A DNA stretch of 64,000 nucleotides from an uncultured Candidatus Binatia bacterium (GCA_965213675.1 OZ243916.1:3907525-3971524); one strand, 5' to 3'; counted from the first letter of the stretch, positions 51,576 to 62,306 are shown. Notes: a model not told the origin generated them from the letters alone. Program-made: numbers and translations.

Positions 51576-51798
51576 CGGAAAGTGTTAGCCGGTCGATTCG
51601 AAGATAACGTCGTAGCAAGTGATCCCGTTGATGCGGCAAGACCGGCAAGTCCGGTCGCCACAAGCGCACAGCCTGTTGTGGAAGCGCTCAGGTGAACCGC
51701 ATTGGTAAGGCGCATTGGTACATGGGAAGCTTGATGCCGGGGTCATCGGCTCCCTGCCGAATCCGGTGCACCGTCTCGTACCTTTTCTCCACGACGAC

Positions 51799-52719
51799 AT
51801 GACGCGATTCGATGCGATCCTGCTGATCGCTTTTGGCGGACCCGAGAATCCCGGCGAAATACGTCCGTTCCTTGAACGTGTGACCGAGGGGCGGGGTATT
51901 CCGCGGGCGCGCCTTGAAGCGGTCGCGCACCACTACGAGCTGATCGGCGGTCGCTCGCCGCTCAACGAGTTGACGCGCCAGCAGGCTCGAGGGTTGCGCG
52001 AACGGCTCCGGCGGGACGGCCGCGCCACGCCCGTCCACGTCGGCATGCGCAACTGGCGCCCGTTCCTGGACGAAGCACTGGAGACGCTCGCGGCCGGCGG
52101 CTGCCGGCGCGTGCGCGGCATCGTTCTGTCCGCCTTTCAGACGGAGGCATCCTGGGGCCGCTATATCGACAGCGTGGAGGCCGCGCGCGCGGCATTGGGG
52201 GAACGGGCTCCCGTGGTGGAGTACGCCGAACCCTGGGCCGACCATCCCCTGTTCATCCGCGCGGTGGCCGACTGCGTCGCGGCCACCCTGGAAACGCTCC
52301 CGCCCGCGTCTCGGAGCGCGCCATTGATTTTCACCGCCCACAGCATTCCCCGGTCCATGGCCGACGTCTCGCCCTACTCGGAGCAGTTCGCCCGAGCCGC
52401 ACGGCGTGTAGCCGAGGAGGCAGGCTGCGCGCGTTGGGAGTTGGCGTACCAGAGCCGCAGCGGCAACCCCAGGGACCCTTGGCTCGGTCCCGACGTGTGC
52501 GTGGTGATCGAGGAACTCGCCCGCGCCGGCGAGACCGCGGTGGTCCTGGTTCCCATCGGTTTCGTCTGCGATCACGTCGAGGTGCTGTACGACCTCGACG
52601 TCGAAGCCCGCGGGCGGGCTCTCGATCTGGGAATGGCTTATCACCGGGCGCCCGCGGTGAACGACCACCGGCTGTTCATCGAAATGCTTGCGGAACTGGT
52701 GGAGGAGCCCGAACCATAG
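51799..52719 (+). CDS. hemH: ferrochelatase
   Basis: FGGPE, GGRSPL, FTAHSIP, YQSRSG..WLGP, GFVCDHVEVLYDLD. Confidence 0.93.
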   Translation: MTRFDAILLIAFGGPENPGEIRPFLERVTEGRGIPRARLEAVAHHYELIGGRSPLNELTRQQARGLRERLRRDGRATPVHVGMRNWRPFLDEALETLAAGGCRRVRGIVLSAFQTEASWGRYIDSVEAARAALGERAPVVEYAEPWADHPLFIRAVADCVAATLETLPPASRSAPLIFTAHSIPRSMADVSPYSEQFARAARRVAEEAGCARWELAYQSRSGNPRDPWLGPDVCVVIEELARAGETAVVLVPIGFVCDHVEVLYDLDVEARGRALDLGMAYHRAPAVNDHRLFIEMLAELVEEPEP

Positions 52720-52830
52720 AGGCTGGACGCCGGACCGCCGCCCCGCATTGACCGTGCCTGTTCCTGCCTATAGGATGGCGTTGCGGTCGGCGCTGGTGTG
52801 CCGCTGGTGTGCGGCCGCGGGGAGGGGATC

Positions 52831-53835
52831 ATGTTCTGCCGATTCCTGAATGTATTTGCGGCAGCGGTGGTTGCGGCGCTGACCTGCGTTGCCGTCTCTT
52901 TCGCGGACGACTCCAGGAGGGTCCGGGTTGCGTTCGCGGGTTTCGGGGCCGGCACCGTGGTCACCTGGATCGCCAGGGACACCGAGCTCTTCGCCAGGTA
53001 CGGCCTCGATATCGATCCGGTGTACATTGACGGCGCCGCCGCGGGCGGCGTGCAAAGCCTTTTGGGGATGGACATCTTCGTCGCCTCCGAGGACGTGATG
53101 CCGCCGCTGGAGGCCATCAGCGGCGGCGCCGACCTGGTGTTCATCGGCGGCCACGCGAATCCCGAGCACTACCGCTTCGGCGTGGCCTCCTACGTCGACG
53201 ACCTCGCGCAGCTCAGGGGCAAGAGGGTCGGGGTGTCGAGTCTGGGGCGCAAGTCCGATTTGATCGCGCGGGTCCTGCTGAGACGCGCAGGACTGAATCC
53301 GGTGGAAGACGTGGAGATGGTGCCCATCGGGTTTTCGCCCCAGCGAGCCGCGGCGCTGTTCCGCAACGTGGTTCAGGCCGCGCCGCTGGTGCCGGACGTG
53401 GCGGCACAGGTGCAACACTGGGGCATCAAGGTGCTCGACCTCGGGCAGGTTCACCTCACCACGGACCTGCTGGTGACCAACCGTTCCTTCGCCGAGCGCC
53501 GTCCCAACGAGCTGCGGCGCTTCCTCATGGCCTACCTCAACGGCATCCAGCACTTCCTGGCGGAACGCGCCGACACCATGCGCATCATCGACAAGTACGT
53601 GACCCTGGCCCAGGGCGCGACTCTCCCGGGCACGTACAGCGCGCTCGCCCAGCGCCTGGAACCGTTGCCGCTCCCGCGCATCGAAGGAGTGCAGGCGCTG
53701 ATCGACGCGGTGGCGGTGACGGATGCGCGCGCGCGCCAACTCGATCCGCAACGCTATATGGAGCTGGACACGCTGAAGGGGCTGGACAAGGGCGGCTTCG
53801 TCAAGGGACTCTACGCGGAGAAGATCGAGCTTTAG
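52831..53835 (+). CDS. SsuA/NMT1-like substrate-binding protein (solitary)
   Basis: Signal peptide, LFARYGLDI, LRGKRVGVSSLG, GLNPVEDVEM. Confidence 0.8.
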   Translation: MFCRFLNVFAAAVVAALTCVAVSFADDSRRVRVAFAGFGAGTVVTWIARDTELFARYGLDIDPVYIDGAAAGGVQSLLGMDIFVASEDVMPPLEAISGGADLVFIGGHANPEHYRFGVASYVDDLAQLRGKRVGVSSLGRKSDLIARVLLRRAGLNPVEDVEMVPIGFSPQRAAALFRNVVQAAPLVPDVAAQVQHWGIKVLDLGQVHLTTDLLVTNRSFAERRPNELRRFLMAYLNGIQHFLAERADTMRIIDKYVTLAQGATLPGTYSALAQRLEPLPLPRIEGVQALIDAVAVTDARARQLDPQRYMELDTLKGLDKGGFVKGLYAEKIEL

Positions 53836-53869
53836 AAGCCGGCGGAACCGCCCGAACGGTCCGGCAAAA

Positions 53870-53898
53870 TTGCATTCACTCGCGGTATCCCCTAGAAT
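53870..53898 (+). promoter_or_regulatory. sigma70 promoter of plsC-rnj-ftsK-lolA
   Basis: TTGCAT-17bp-TAGAAT. Confidence 0.6.
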
Positions 53899-53967
53899 AA
53901 GGGCTTGATCGGTGTCTCCCTTCGGGCGGCGGGCCGCACGCAGGCCCGCCGGACACGCCTTCACCGC

Positions 53968-54711
53968 ATGTACACGCTCAAGCTGGCCCTGGTCCTCGGC
54001 ATAAGCCTTCTGGAGAGCATTCCCATCATTGTTCTTGGACTTGCCGATCCCCATGGCAGGCGCGTCTACCCGTTCTTTCGTTTCTGGTCCTGGTGCGTTC
54101 TCAAGACCGGCGGCGTGGCAGTGCGGGTGCGCTGGACCGGGGAGCTGGACCCGGCGCGGGCTTACGTCTTCATGGCCAACCACCAGAGCAATATCGACAT
54201 TCCGGTGCTGGTGCGGGCGCTGGCGCCGTTTCAGTTGCGCTGGATGGCGAAACGCGAGTTGTTGCGCGTTCCGTTCTTCGGCTGGGCGCTGTGGGCGTCC
54301 AGGCACGTCCTGGTCAAGCGCACCCGTTCGAAGGACATGATGGCGGCCATGGACGGCGCCCGCGACAAGCTCGAACGGGGAATCTCCATGGTGGTGTTCC
54401 CGGAGGGCACGCGCAGCACGGACGGCCGGTTGTTGCCCTTCAAGCGCGGCGGCTTCCACATGGCCGGGAAGGCGGGCGTGTCCATCGTGCCCATTACGCT
54501 GGTGGGGTCGGGCACCCTGATGCCGCCGGGCGATTGGCGCCTTCGGTCCGGCGAGGTGGTGGTCCACATCGGCAAGGCGATTGCAGCCGAGGACCATGAC
54601 GACCATTCGCGCCGACAAATGGCGCGCGTCCGCGAAGCCATCGCCGTGCGCTTGTCGCCGGGGCAGGACCCTGAACCGGCGGAGAGCGGCCGGACCGGGC
54701 AGGCGCCATAG
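53968..54711 (+). CDS. plsC: 1-acyl-sn-glycerol-3-phosphate acyltransferase
   Basis: NHQSNID, AKREL, FPEGTRS, PFKRG. Confidence 0.9.
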   Translation: MYTLKLALVLGISLLESIPIIVLGLADPHGRRVYPFFRFWSWCVLKTGGVAVRVRWTGELDPARAYVFMANHQSNIDIPVLVRALAPFQLRWMAKRELLRVPFFGWALWASRHVLVKRTRSKDMMAAMDGARDKLERGISMVVFPEGTRSTDGRLLPFKRGGFHMAGKAGVSIVPITLVGSGTLMPPGDWRLRSGEVVVHIGKAIAAEDHDDHSRRQMARVREAIAVRLSPGQDPEPAESGRTGQAP

Positions 54712-56367
54712 ATGGATTCCTTGAGAATCATACCCCTGGGGGGACTGGGCGAATTCGGCGGCAACATGCTGGCGCTCGAATGGGGTGACGACGTTGTGGT
54801 GGTGGATTGCGGCGTCATGTTCCCGAGCCCCGAGCAACTGGGCATCGATCTAGTCATTCCCGACATCAGCTACCTCGTGGAGCAGGGCAAGACGCCCCGG
54901 GCGATCATCCTCACCCACGCCCACGAGGATCACATCGGCGCCTTGCCCTACTTCCTCCGGCGCTGCCAGACGCCGGTTTACGGCACGCCCCTGACCCTGG
55001 GCTTCGTGCGCCACAAGCTGCGCGAGCACCGGCTCGAAGAGGCCACGGACCTGGTGGAGATGGTGCCGGGTGAGCGCTTCTCGGTGGGTCCCTTTACCAT
55101 CGAGGGAATTCCGGTCACCCACAGTCTCGTGGACTGCGTCGCCCTGGCCATCGAGACGCCCGTGGGCATCGTCCTCCACAGCGGCGATTTCAAGATCGAC
55201 AACACGCCCGTGGCGGGAGAGAACTTCGATTTCCACCGCTTCGCGGCCTACGGCGACCGCGGCGTCCTGTTGCTGCTTTCGGACTCCACCAACGTGGAGA
55301 ACCGGGGGACCACGCCGTCGGAGCGCAGCGTCGGGCAGGGGCTCCGGGGCATCTTCGCCTCCAGCCCGGGCCGCGTCTTCATCGCCACCTTCGCCTCGCA
55401 CATCCCGCGCATCCAGCAGGTGGCCGAGGTGGCCGCGGATTTCGGCCGCAAGCTGGTGCTCAGCGGAAGGAGCCTCATCCACAACACCGGCATCGCGTCG
55501 GACCTGGGCTACCTGCGCCTTCCTCATGACGTGATGACGGACGGCCGGAGTTGGCAGGACGTGGCCGACGACCGCCTCTGTTTCGTCACCACCGGGAGCC
55601 AGGGGGAGCCGTTCTCCGTGCTTCATCGGATCGCCTTTGGCGAGCACCGCTCCATCCGGCTGCGGCCCAGCGATACGGTGGTGCTGTCGGCACGGTTCAT
55701 TCCGGGGAACGAGAAGGTCATCAGCAATCTCATCAACCATCTCTACCGGCGCGGCGCCGAGGTTCACTACGAGCGCACGTCGGAGATCCACGTCTCGGGG
55801 CACGCGAGCCAGGAGGAGTTGAAGACCATGCTCCAACTCACCCGGCCGCGCTACTTCGTGCCGCTGCACGGGGAGTACCGGCAGCTCTGCAAGCATGTGG
55901 AGCTGGCCCGCACCGTGGGCATCCCCGCGGACAATTGCTTTCTGCTGGAGAACGGCGACGCACTGGAGCTGGACGGACAGGACGCCTGGCGCGTGGAGCC
56001 GGTGCCCACCGGCAAGGTCTTCGTGGACGGCAAGGGCGTCGGCGACGTGGAGGACATCGTCATCCGCGACCGCCGCCACTTGAGCGAGGACGGGCTCGTG
56101 GTGGTGGCCATGGCGGTGCACCCGCGCACCGGCGAGGTGACCGCGGGGCCGGACCTGCTGGCGCGCGGCTTCATGCGTTCGGAGGAGGAAGACGACGTCC
56201 TCGGCACGGCGAAGGAGGTGCTGTGGGCATACCTCGACGGCTGTGGCGCCGAGACGCGTACGGACTCCGTGGAGTTGAAGGAAGGCATCCGCCGGTCGCT
56301 GCGGCGGTTCTTCGAGAAGCGGCTCCACCGCCGGCCGGTGATCGTGTCCTATATCATGGAGATGTAG
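54712..56367 (+). CDS. rnj: ribonuclease J
   Basis: PLGGLGEFGGN, THAHEDHIG, GDFK, TGSQGEP, HVSGH, PLHGE. Confidence 0.96.
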   Translation: MDSLRIIPLGGLGEFGGNMLALEWGDDVVVVDCGVMFPSPEQLGIDLVIPDISYLVEQGKTPRAIILTHAHEDHIGALPYFLRRCQTPVYGTPLTLGFVRHKLREHRLEEATDLVEMVPGERFSVGPFTIEGIPVTHSLVDCVALAIETPVGIVLHSGDFKIDNTPVAGENFDFHRFAAYGDRGVLLLLSDSTNVENRGTTPSERSVGQGLRGIFASSPGRVFIATFASHIPRIQQVAEVAADFGRKLVLSGRSLIHNTGIASDLGYLRLPHDVMTDGRSWQDVADDRLCFVTTGSQGEPFSVLHRIAFGEHRSIRLRPSDTVVLSARFIPGNEKVISNLINHLYRRGAEVHYERTSEIHVSGHASQEELKTMLQLTRPRYFVPLHGEYRQLCKHVELARTVGIPADNCFLLENGDALELDGQDAWRVEPVPTGKVFVDGKGVGDVEDIVIRDRRHLSEDGLVVVAMAVHPRTGEVTAGPDLLARGFMRSEEEDDVLGTAKEVLWAYLDGCGAETRTDSVELKEGIRRSLRRFFEKRLHRRPVIVSYIMEM

Positions 56368-56378
56368 GCGAGGCGCAC

Positions 56379-58646
56379 ATGGAGAAAGGCACTCGGATCA
56401 ACCGTGAACTGTGGGGTTCGGTGACGCTGCTCGGCGCCTGCTTTGCGATTCTGAGCCTGCTTTCCTACAGCCCCCTGGACCGTTCCTTCAACGTCCCCGC
56501 CGGCCCGCGGGACCCCCTGAACCTCGGCGGCGTGGTGGGCGCTTACATGGCCGATGCGCTGTTACAGGCGCTGGGGCTCGCGGCCTACCTGGTGCCGCTG
56601 CTGCTGGCGTGGATGGCGCTGCGCCTGTTCCGCCGCGAACCGCGCCGCTTGCGGTTCCTTCAACTCCTGGGCAGCGGCGTGCTGCTGTGGGTGCTGGCGA
56701 TCCTCATCAGCCTCGTGCACGACGTGGAACTGGCGCGGGACGGCGGCGGCGTTCTGGGTGGCTTTTCGCTGGTGTTGCTCACGGAGATGTTTGGCTACGC
56801 CGGGACCTGCGCGATCGCGCTGTTTCTGCTCTTGCTGGCGGGCATGTGGCTGACCCAGACGTCCATGCTGAACTGGTGGGGCGGTCTCGTCGAAGCGCGC
56901 GGCCAGTTCCGCTCTTCCATGGGGGCGGCCGCGGCTTCCGCGCGCTGGCTCAAGCCGGGAGGGGAGGCCCCCGCCAACGTCAAGAAGGAGCAACGGGACT
57001 TCAAGCCGCCGCCGATCATCCTTGACGAGGTGATCGAGCAGGAGGCGCCGGTGGCGCCCAGCGCACGCAGGAAGAAGCCGAAGGCCAGGGGAAAGGCCAG
57101 ACCCGGGGCCAGACCGGAACCCGAACAGTTCGTCTTGCCGGAACTCGGCAACGGGTACACGCTGCCGTCCCTGGCTTTCCTCGATGCGCCTCCCCAGGAG
57201 GAGGCCAGCGTGGACAAGGCCTCGCTGGAAGCCAATTGTCTCGTGCTGCAGCGCAAGCTTCAGGACTTCGGCATCGAGGGTGAGGTGCTGGCGGCGCGTC
57301 CGGGACCGGTCATAACGGTGTATGAGTTCCGCCCCGCTCCCGGCGTCATGGTGCGCCGCATCGTGGGCGTGGCGGACGACCTCGCCATGGCCCTCAGCGC
57401 GGTGAGCATTCGCATACTGGCGCCCATCCCGGGGGAGTCCGTGGTCGGAATCGAAGTGCCCAACACCCGGCGGGAGAAGGTTTTTCTGCGGGAGATGCTG
57501 GAGGACGCGGCCTACGCCGAGTCGGGCGCGAGCCTGCCGCTGGCCCTGGGCAAAGACGTGGCCGGCGCTCCGTTCGCCACCGACCTCGCGCGCATGCCGC
57601 ACCTGCTGGTGGCCGGCGCCACCGGCACGGGCAAGTCCGTGTCGCTCAACTCGATGATCCTGAGCATCCTCTACCGGGCCAAGCCGGACGACGTGCGCTT
57701 CATCATGATCGACCCCAAGATGCTGGAGCTGACGCCGTACGAGGGCCTGCCCCACCTCCTGACGCCGGTGGTGACCGACCCCAAGGAGGCCCGCGCCGCC
57801 CTGTTCTGGGCCGTGCAGGAGATGGACCGGCGCTACCGCCTGATGCGCGACAAGGGCGCGCGCAACATCGACAACTACAATCGCATCCTGGAAAAGGAGC
57901 CGCCGCCCCGCCCGGCGTCCGCGGACCCCTCCGAGGAGAACGAGGAGGAGGTGGGCGGACGCCTGGACGGAAGCGAGGAGCTGGAACATTCCCACCTGCC
58001 GCGGGTGGTGATCCTCATCGACGAGCTGGCGGACTTGATGATGTCCGTGGGCCGGGACATCGAAGAGCATATCACGCGGCTGGCTCAGAAGGCCCGGGCA
58101 GCGGGAATCCACATGGTGCTGGCTACCCAGCGGCCATCGGTGGACGTGATCACCGGACTCATCAAGGCGAACTTCCCCGCCAGGGTTTCCTTTCAGGTGA
58201 CCTCGCGCATCGACTCGCGCACGATCCTCGACGGCCAGGGCGCCGAAAACCTCCTGGGCAACGGCGATCTGCTCTTCCTGCCCCCCGGCACCGCCCGGTT
58301 GATCCGGCTCCACGGTCCCTATGTGTCCAACCGGGAAATCGGCAAGGTCACGGACTTCATCAAGAAGCAAGGGCGGCCCGAGTACCGGCCGGAAATTCTG
58401 GAGGCGGCCGTGGAGGCGGGCAGCGGCGTTGACGGCCTGGACGAGGATTACGACGAAATGTACGATCAGGCGGTGGCGGTGGTCACCGAGACCCGGCAGG
58501 CGTCCATCTCCATGATCCAGCGCCGCCTGCGAGTGGGCTACAACCGCGCCGCGCGCATGATCGAGAAGATGGAACGGGAGGGCGTGGTGGGGCCGGCCGA
58601 CGGCGCCAAGCCGCGCGAGGTTCTGGCGCCAAGGATCGAAGAATGA
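56379..58646 (+). CDS. ftsK: DNA translocase FtsK
   Basis: N-terminal TM domain, AGATGTGKS, IDELADLM, ATQRPS, gamma domain GYNRAAR. Confidence 0.96.
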   Translation: MEKGTRINRELWGSVTLLGACFAILSLLSYSPLDRSFNVPAGPRDPLNLGGVVGAYMADALLQALGLAAYLVPLLLAWMALRLFRREPRRLRFLQLLGSGVLLWVLAILISLVHDVELARDGGGVLGGFSLVLLTEMFGYAGTCAIALFLLLLAGMWLTQTSMLNWWGGLVEARGQFRSSMGAAAASARWLKPGGEAPANVKKEQRDFKPPPIILDEVIEQEAPVAPSARRKKPKARGKARPGARPEPEQFVLPELGNGYTLPSLAFLDAPPQEEASVDKASLEANCLVLQRKLQDFGIEGEVLAARPGPVITVYEFRPAPGVMVRRIVGVADDLAMALSAVSIRILAPIPGESVVGIEVPNTRREKVFLREMLEDAAYAESGASLPLALGKDVAGAPFATDLARMPHLLVAGATGTGKSVSLNSMILSILYRAKPDDVRFIMIDPKMLELTPYEGLPHLLTPVVTDPKEARAALFWAVQEMDRRYRLMRDKGARNIDNYNRILEKEPPPRPASADPSEENEEEVGGRLDGSEELEHSHLPRVVILIDELADLMMSVGRDIEEHITRLAQKARAAGIHMVLATQRPSVDVITGLIKANFPARVSFQVTSRIDSRTILDGQGAENLLGNGDLLFLPPGTARLIRLHGPYVSNREIGKVTDFIKKQGRPEYRPEILEAAVEAGSGVDGLDEDYDEMYDQAVAVVTETRQASISMIQRRLRVGYNRAARMIEKMEREGVVGPADGAKPREVLAPRIEE

Positions 58647-58662
58647 CGAGGGCCCATTCGCA

Positions 58663-59337
58663 ATGAACGCACACCGTCGATCTGACTGTCTTCGGGTTGT
58701 TTTCGCCGTCGCATGCGCGCTGCTGCTGGCGGCGCTGACACAGGAAGCCCGGGCACGGACCGCGGCGGACGTGGTGCGGGAAGTGCAGCGGCGCTACGAC
58801 GAGACGCGCGAGTACAGCGCGGAGTTTCGCCAGACCACCGAGTACCGCACGCTGAACCGGAGCATCGCGGGCAGGGGCCGATTCTACTTCAGCCGGCCCG
58901 GCAAGATGCTGTGGCGCTACGAAGAGCCCGCGGGGCAGTTCGTGCTTTCCGACGGGCGCCACCTCTATTTCTACCAGCCCGCGGAACGCCAGGTTGTCAA
59001 GACCGCCCTGCGCGCGGCGTTTCGCTCGGATTTGCCGCTGTCCTTTCTGCTGGGCATCGGCAAACTGGAACGGGACTTCCGTTCAGAGTTGCTGGAAAGC
59101 ACCGCCGACAGTCACCAACTCAAACTGATCCCCAGAAAGACCAATAGCGGCCTCCGGGAGATCGTCCTCACCGTCGACGGTGAGCGCTACGACATCCGCG
59201 GCGTGCGCATCGAGGACGGTGGCGGCAACCTGTGGACCTTCGGTTTCCGGAACATCCAGCGCGGGCACGGCCTGGACCCCTCGGTATTTCGATTGAATGT
59301 GCCCCAAGGCGTCGATATCGTTGAGTTCGGGTCCTGA
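58663..59337 (+). CDS. lolA: outer-membrane lipoprotein carrier
   Basis: AEFRQ, RPGKMLWRY, SDG..LYFY; canonical position after ftsK. Confidence 0.88.
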   Translation: MNAHRRSDCLRVVFAVACALLLAALTQEARARTAADVVREVQRRYDETREYSAEFRQTTEYRTLNRSIAGRGRFYFSRPGKMLWRYEEPAGQFVLSDGRHLYFYQPAERQVVKTALRAAFRSDLPLSFLLGIGKLERDFRSELLESTADSHQLKLIPRKTNSGLREIVLTVDGERYDIRGVRIEDGGGNLWTFGFRNIQRGHGLDPSVFRLNVPQGVDIVEFGS

Positions 59338-59490
59338 CCCGCGGGGTTTCCGGGAGGGGTGGCGACACGCGCCCGGAGGCGGCCGGGGCAGCGCGCCCGC
59401 GCGGCCAACCGCCGTCCCCGGGGCCTGTTTCTCTGGTTGACTCCGCCCTGAAATAGTGGTCAATTGGACCTCTTGCCAGGAGATACAACC

Positions 59491-59916
59491 ATGAGAAAAG
59501 ACGCACTGAAGAAGTTCCGGGAGACGCTGCTCGACATGAAGAGTCAGCTTCTGCAGGACCTTCCGGACCGGTTCAAGCAGGAGGTGGAAAGCACCAAGGA
59601 CGAAGGGCGCGACACTTACGATCTGGCCAGTGACGAGCGGGACCGCGAGATCAACATGATCCTCAACGACCGCGAGCGCACGAAGCTGATGGCCATCGAA
59701 GACGCGTTGGCCCGGCTGGGCGAGGGCTCCTACGGGGAGTGCGAGGAATGCGGCGAGGACATTGGAGTGGGGCGGCTCAAGGTGATGCCCTTCACGCGGC
59801 TGTGTGTGCGCTGTCAGGAAGAGGTGGAACGGGAATCTCGGATGACGAAGAACTTCGACGACGACCGCACGCTCCGTCGCCTTGCCACGAACGATGCGGA
59901 GGAAGAGAGTTACTAG
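59491..59916 (+). CDS. dksA: DksA/TraR C4 zinc-finger protein
   Basis: DTYDLA, YGECEEC..RL..P..LCVRC. Confidence 0.85.
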   Translation: MRKDALKKFRETLLDMKSQLLQDLPDRFKQEVESTKDEGRDTYDLASDERDREINMILNDRERTKLMAIEDALARLGEGSYGECEECGEDIGVGRLKVMPFTRLCVRCQEEVERESRMTKNFDDDRTLRRLATNDAEEESY

Positions 59917-59919
59917 GTC

Positions 59920-60318
59920 ATGAAGTATTTCTTTTCCAGAGAGGACGCCGAGGTCGTGCGCATCGAAGGAGAGGCGCCGCGCACCCTATATCCCTGCGTC
60001 GAACCCCGCACGACCGGGACGCGCCACTTTTCCATGGGCCTGCAGCAGGTCGATCCTCACAGCGAGATTCCGCTGCACTCCCACGATGACGCCGAAGAAA
60101 TATTGTTCGTGTTCGGCGGTCGGGCCACCGCGACCGTGGGCGACGAGACCACGGAGATCGTTCCGGGCTCGGTCGTATTCATTCCGCCCCGCACCAACCA
60201 TGGCTTCGTCAACGACCACGACGAACCGCTGTGGATCACGTGGACTTTCTCGCCCCAAGGTTTCGAGGGCTATATCCGCGGCGTGGCCCAGGGCACGGTG
60301 CAACTCAAGACCGTATAG
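59920..60318 (+). CDS. cupin domain protein
   Basis: HSH..EE..G; PPRTNHGF. Confidence 0.88.
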   Translation: MKYFFSREDAEVVRIEGEAPRTLYPCVEPRTTGTRHFSMGLQQVDPHSEIPLHSHDDAEEILFVFGGRATATVGDETTEIVPGSVVFIPPRTNHGFVNDHDEPLWITWTFSPQGFEGYIRGVAQGTVQLKTV

Positions 60319-60468
60319 GCCCGTTCACAGATGTCTTCCCGGGCGGCGGCATTTCTGGTGAATGCCGCCGCCGTTCTGTTTCCGCCGCCTGATGAGTTTT
60401 CTGGTTGACGCGGGATCAGGAACACGGAACGTTGCGGTGACGCGCACGGGTCACCGCGAGGAGGCCTC

Positions 60469-61287
60469 ATGCTCCAGGACAGGATAGGTTTCATCGGCGC
60501 CGGCAAGATGGGCAGCGCCATCATCAAGGGAATGCTGGGCGCGGGTCTGGTGGACCGGAGCCGGTTGGCCGCGAGCGATCCAGTGGAAGCGCTGGGCAAG
60601 GCTCTGGTGGACGAGACCGGCGTCCGGTTCGTGCACGACAACGTCGAGTTGGTGAAGTCCTCGGACATCGTCGTGCTCGCGGTCAAGCCCCAGGTTATCG
60701 ACGCGGTGTTGCGGGAACTCGCCGGGACCCCGCTGGATGACAAGCTTGTGGTGTCCATCGCCGCCGGGGTGCCGCTCGCGCGGCTGGAGGGGCTTCTGCC
60801 CGAGGGCGCGCGCGTGGTCCGGGTCATGCCCAACACGCCCTGTCTCGTGGGCGAGGCGGCCTCGGCGTACGCCGGGGGCCGCTGGGCGCGGAAGGAAGAT
60901 CTTGATCGCGTGGGACGGATCCTGGCGAGCGTGGGCCTCGCGGTCACCGTGGAGGAGCACCATCTCGACGCCGTGACCGCCTTGAGCGGGAGCGGCCCGG
61001 CGTATGTCTTCCTGTTCATCGAGGCCCTCACCGCCGCCGGCGTGCAGATGGGGCTCGGCCGGGACGTGGCCCTGAAGCTGGCACTGCAAACGGTCTACGG
61101 CTCCGCCGTCATGGCGAGACAGTCCAACCAGCATCTCGCGGAACTTCGCGACGCCGTCACCTCGCCGGCCGGGACCACCGCCGCCGGCCTTTTCGCCCTG
61201 GAGCAGGGCGCTTTTCGCGCCACCGTGATGGAGGCGGTGGTGCAGGCCACGGAACGTTCGGAAGCACTGGGGAGGGGCGAGCGCTAG
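60469..61287 (+). CDS. proC: pyrroline-5-carboxylate reductase
   Basis: GAGKMG, LAVKPQ, RVMPNTP, SGSGPAY, VTSPAGTT. Confidence 0.96.
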   Translation: MLQDRIGFIGAGKMGSAIIKGMLGAGLVDRSRLAASDPVEALGKALVDETGVRFVHDNVELVKSSDIVVLAVKPQVIDAVLRELAGTPLDDKLVVSIAAGVPLARLEGLLPEGARVVRVMPNTPCLVGEAASAYAGGRWARKEDLDRVGRILASVGLAVTVEEHHLDAVTALSGSGPAYVFLFIEALTAAGVQMGLGRDVALKLALQTVYGSAVMARQSNQHLAELRDAVTSPAGTTAAGLFALEQGAFRATVMEAVVQATERSEALGRGER

Positions 61288-61340
61288 CGTCGTGTCCCGG
61301 CGCCGGGCAGACGAGTCTTTGGGCCTGCCGCTTTGAGAAT

Positions 61341-62306
61341 ATGGATCGCCAACCTCGGTTGAATGGACTGCGGGTGTGCCGCCGTGCGCTGGTGCTGGCG
61401 TGGCTCCTGGCCGCGCCGGTTCTTGCGTACGCGCAGACCGATCCGGCGGCCGGTCCGGAGACGCAGGTATACGAGAAGATCGTCGAGGCCCGGGGGAGCG
61501 CTCGCACTGAACGGTACGCGGAGGCTCTGAGTCAGCTTGGCGAGGCGGTGTCGTTGGCCGAACAGGCGGGGAACGGCCTGTCCTTGGCCGTGGCGCTCCA
61601 CAATCTGGCGGAGGTGCGCCTGCTCAAGGGTGAGCCGCTGGCCGCGCTGAGGGACTACTACCGCGTCCTGGGCGTCTACACCCAGCTCGGCCACCCATCC
61701 GGCGCCAAACTGGCCCAAGAGCGTATCGAAATCCTGTCGCGGCTCGTCACGCAGCCGCGGACCCCGCCCGCGCCCGGAACCCCGGAGACCGCCGCCGCTG
61801 TGCCCGCGGAGGGGCAGGGGCCGGAGGCCGGCGCCGCCCCGGCCGAGCCTTCGAGGACGGAAGAGACGGTCCGGCTGGCGCTGGTGGATCAGGCCGTGGA
61901 TCGAATCCGGCGACGGCGCGAGGAAAAGCTCGAGCATCCACCGGTTGAGGGCGTCCGGGTGACCCGCGCCGAGCCGCGCCAAGAGCCGGGCAATCCGCGA
62001 GAATGGGCCTATGTGGAGGCCCTGCGACGGAAGATCGGCGGCAACGCGCGCTATCCGGAATACGCCAGACGAACGCGCCAGCAGGGGACGGTGGACCTGG
62101 TCCTCGTGGTGCGCGACACCGGCGCGGTGGAAGGTGTCAGTTTGTCCAGGTCGTCGGGCTTCATCGTGCTGGACGTGGAGGCCTTGCGCAACGTTCGCGA
62201 ATCCGCGCCGTTCGCTCCCTTACCCGACGGTTTGGCCGAGACCCCGCTGACCGTGCGCTTGACGTTGCACTACGAGCTGCCGGACACGCCCGCCGCGGCG
62301 CCCTGA
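61341..62306 (+). CDS. TPR + TonB C-terminal domain protein
   Basis: ALHNLAEV TPR-like helices, Pro-rich linker, YPEYARR..QGTV..SRSSG..LD.EAL..APF. Confidence 0.8.
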   Translation: MDRQPRLNGLRVCRRALVLAWLLAAPVLAYAQTDPAAGPETQVYEKIVEARGSARTERYAEALSQLGEAVSLAEQAGNGLSLAVALHNLAEVRLLKGEPLAALRDYYRVLGVYTQLGHPSGAKLAQERIEILSRLVTQPRTPPAPGTPETAAAVPAEGQGPEAGAAPAEPSRTEETVRLALVDQAVDRIRRRREEKLEHPPVEGVRVTRAEPRQEPGNPREWAYVEALRRKIGGNARYPEYARRTRQQGTVDLVLVVRDTGAVEGVSLSRSSGFIVLDVEALRNVRESAPFAPLPDGLAETPLTVRLTLHYELPDTPAAAP

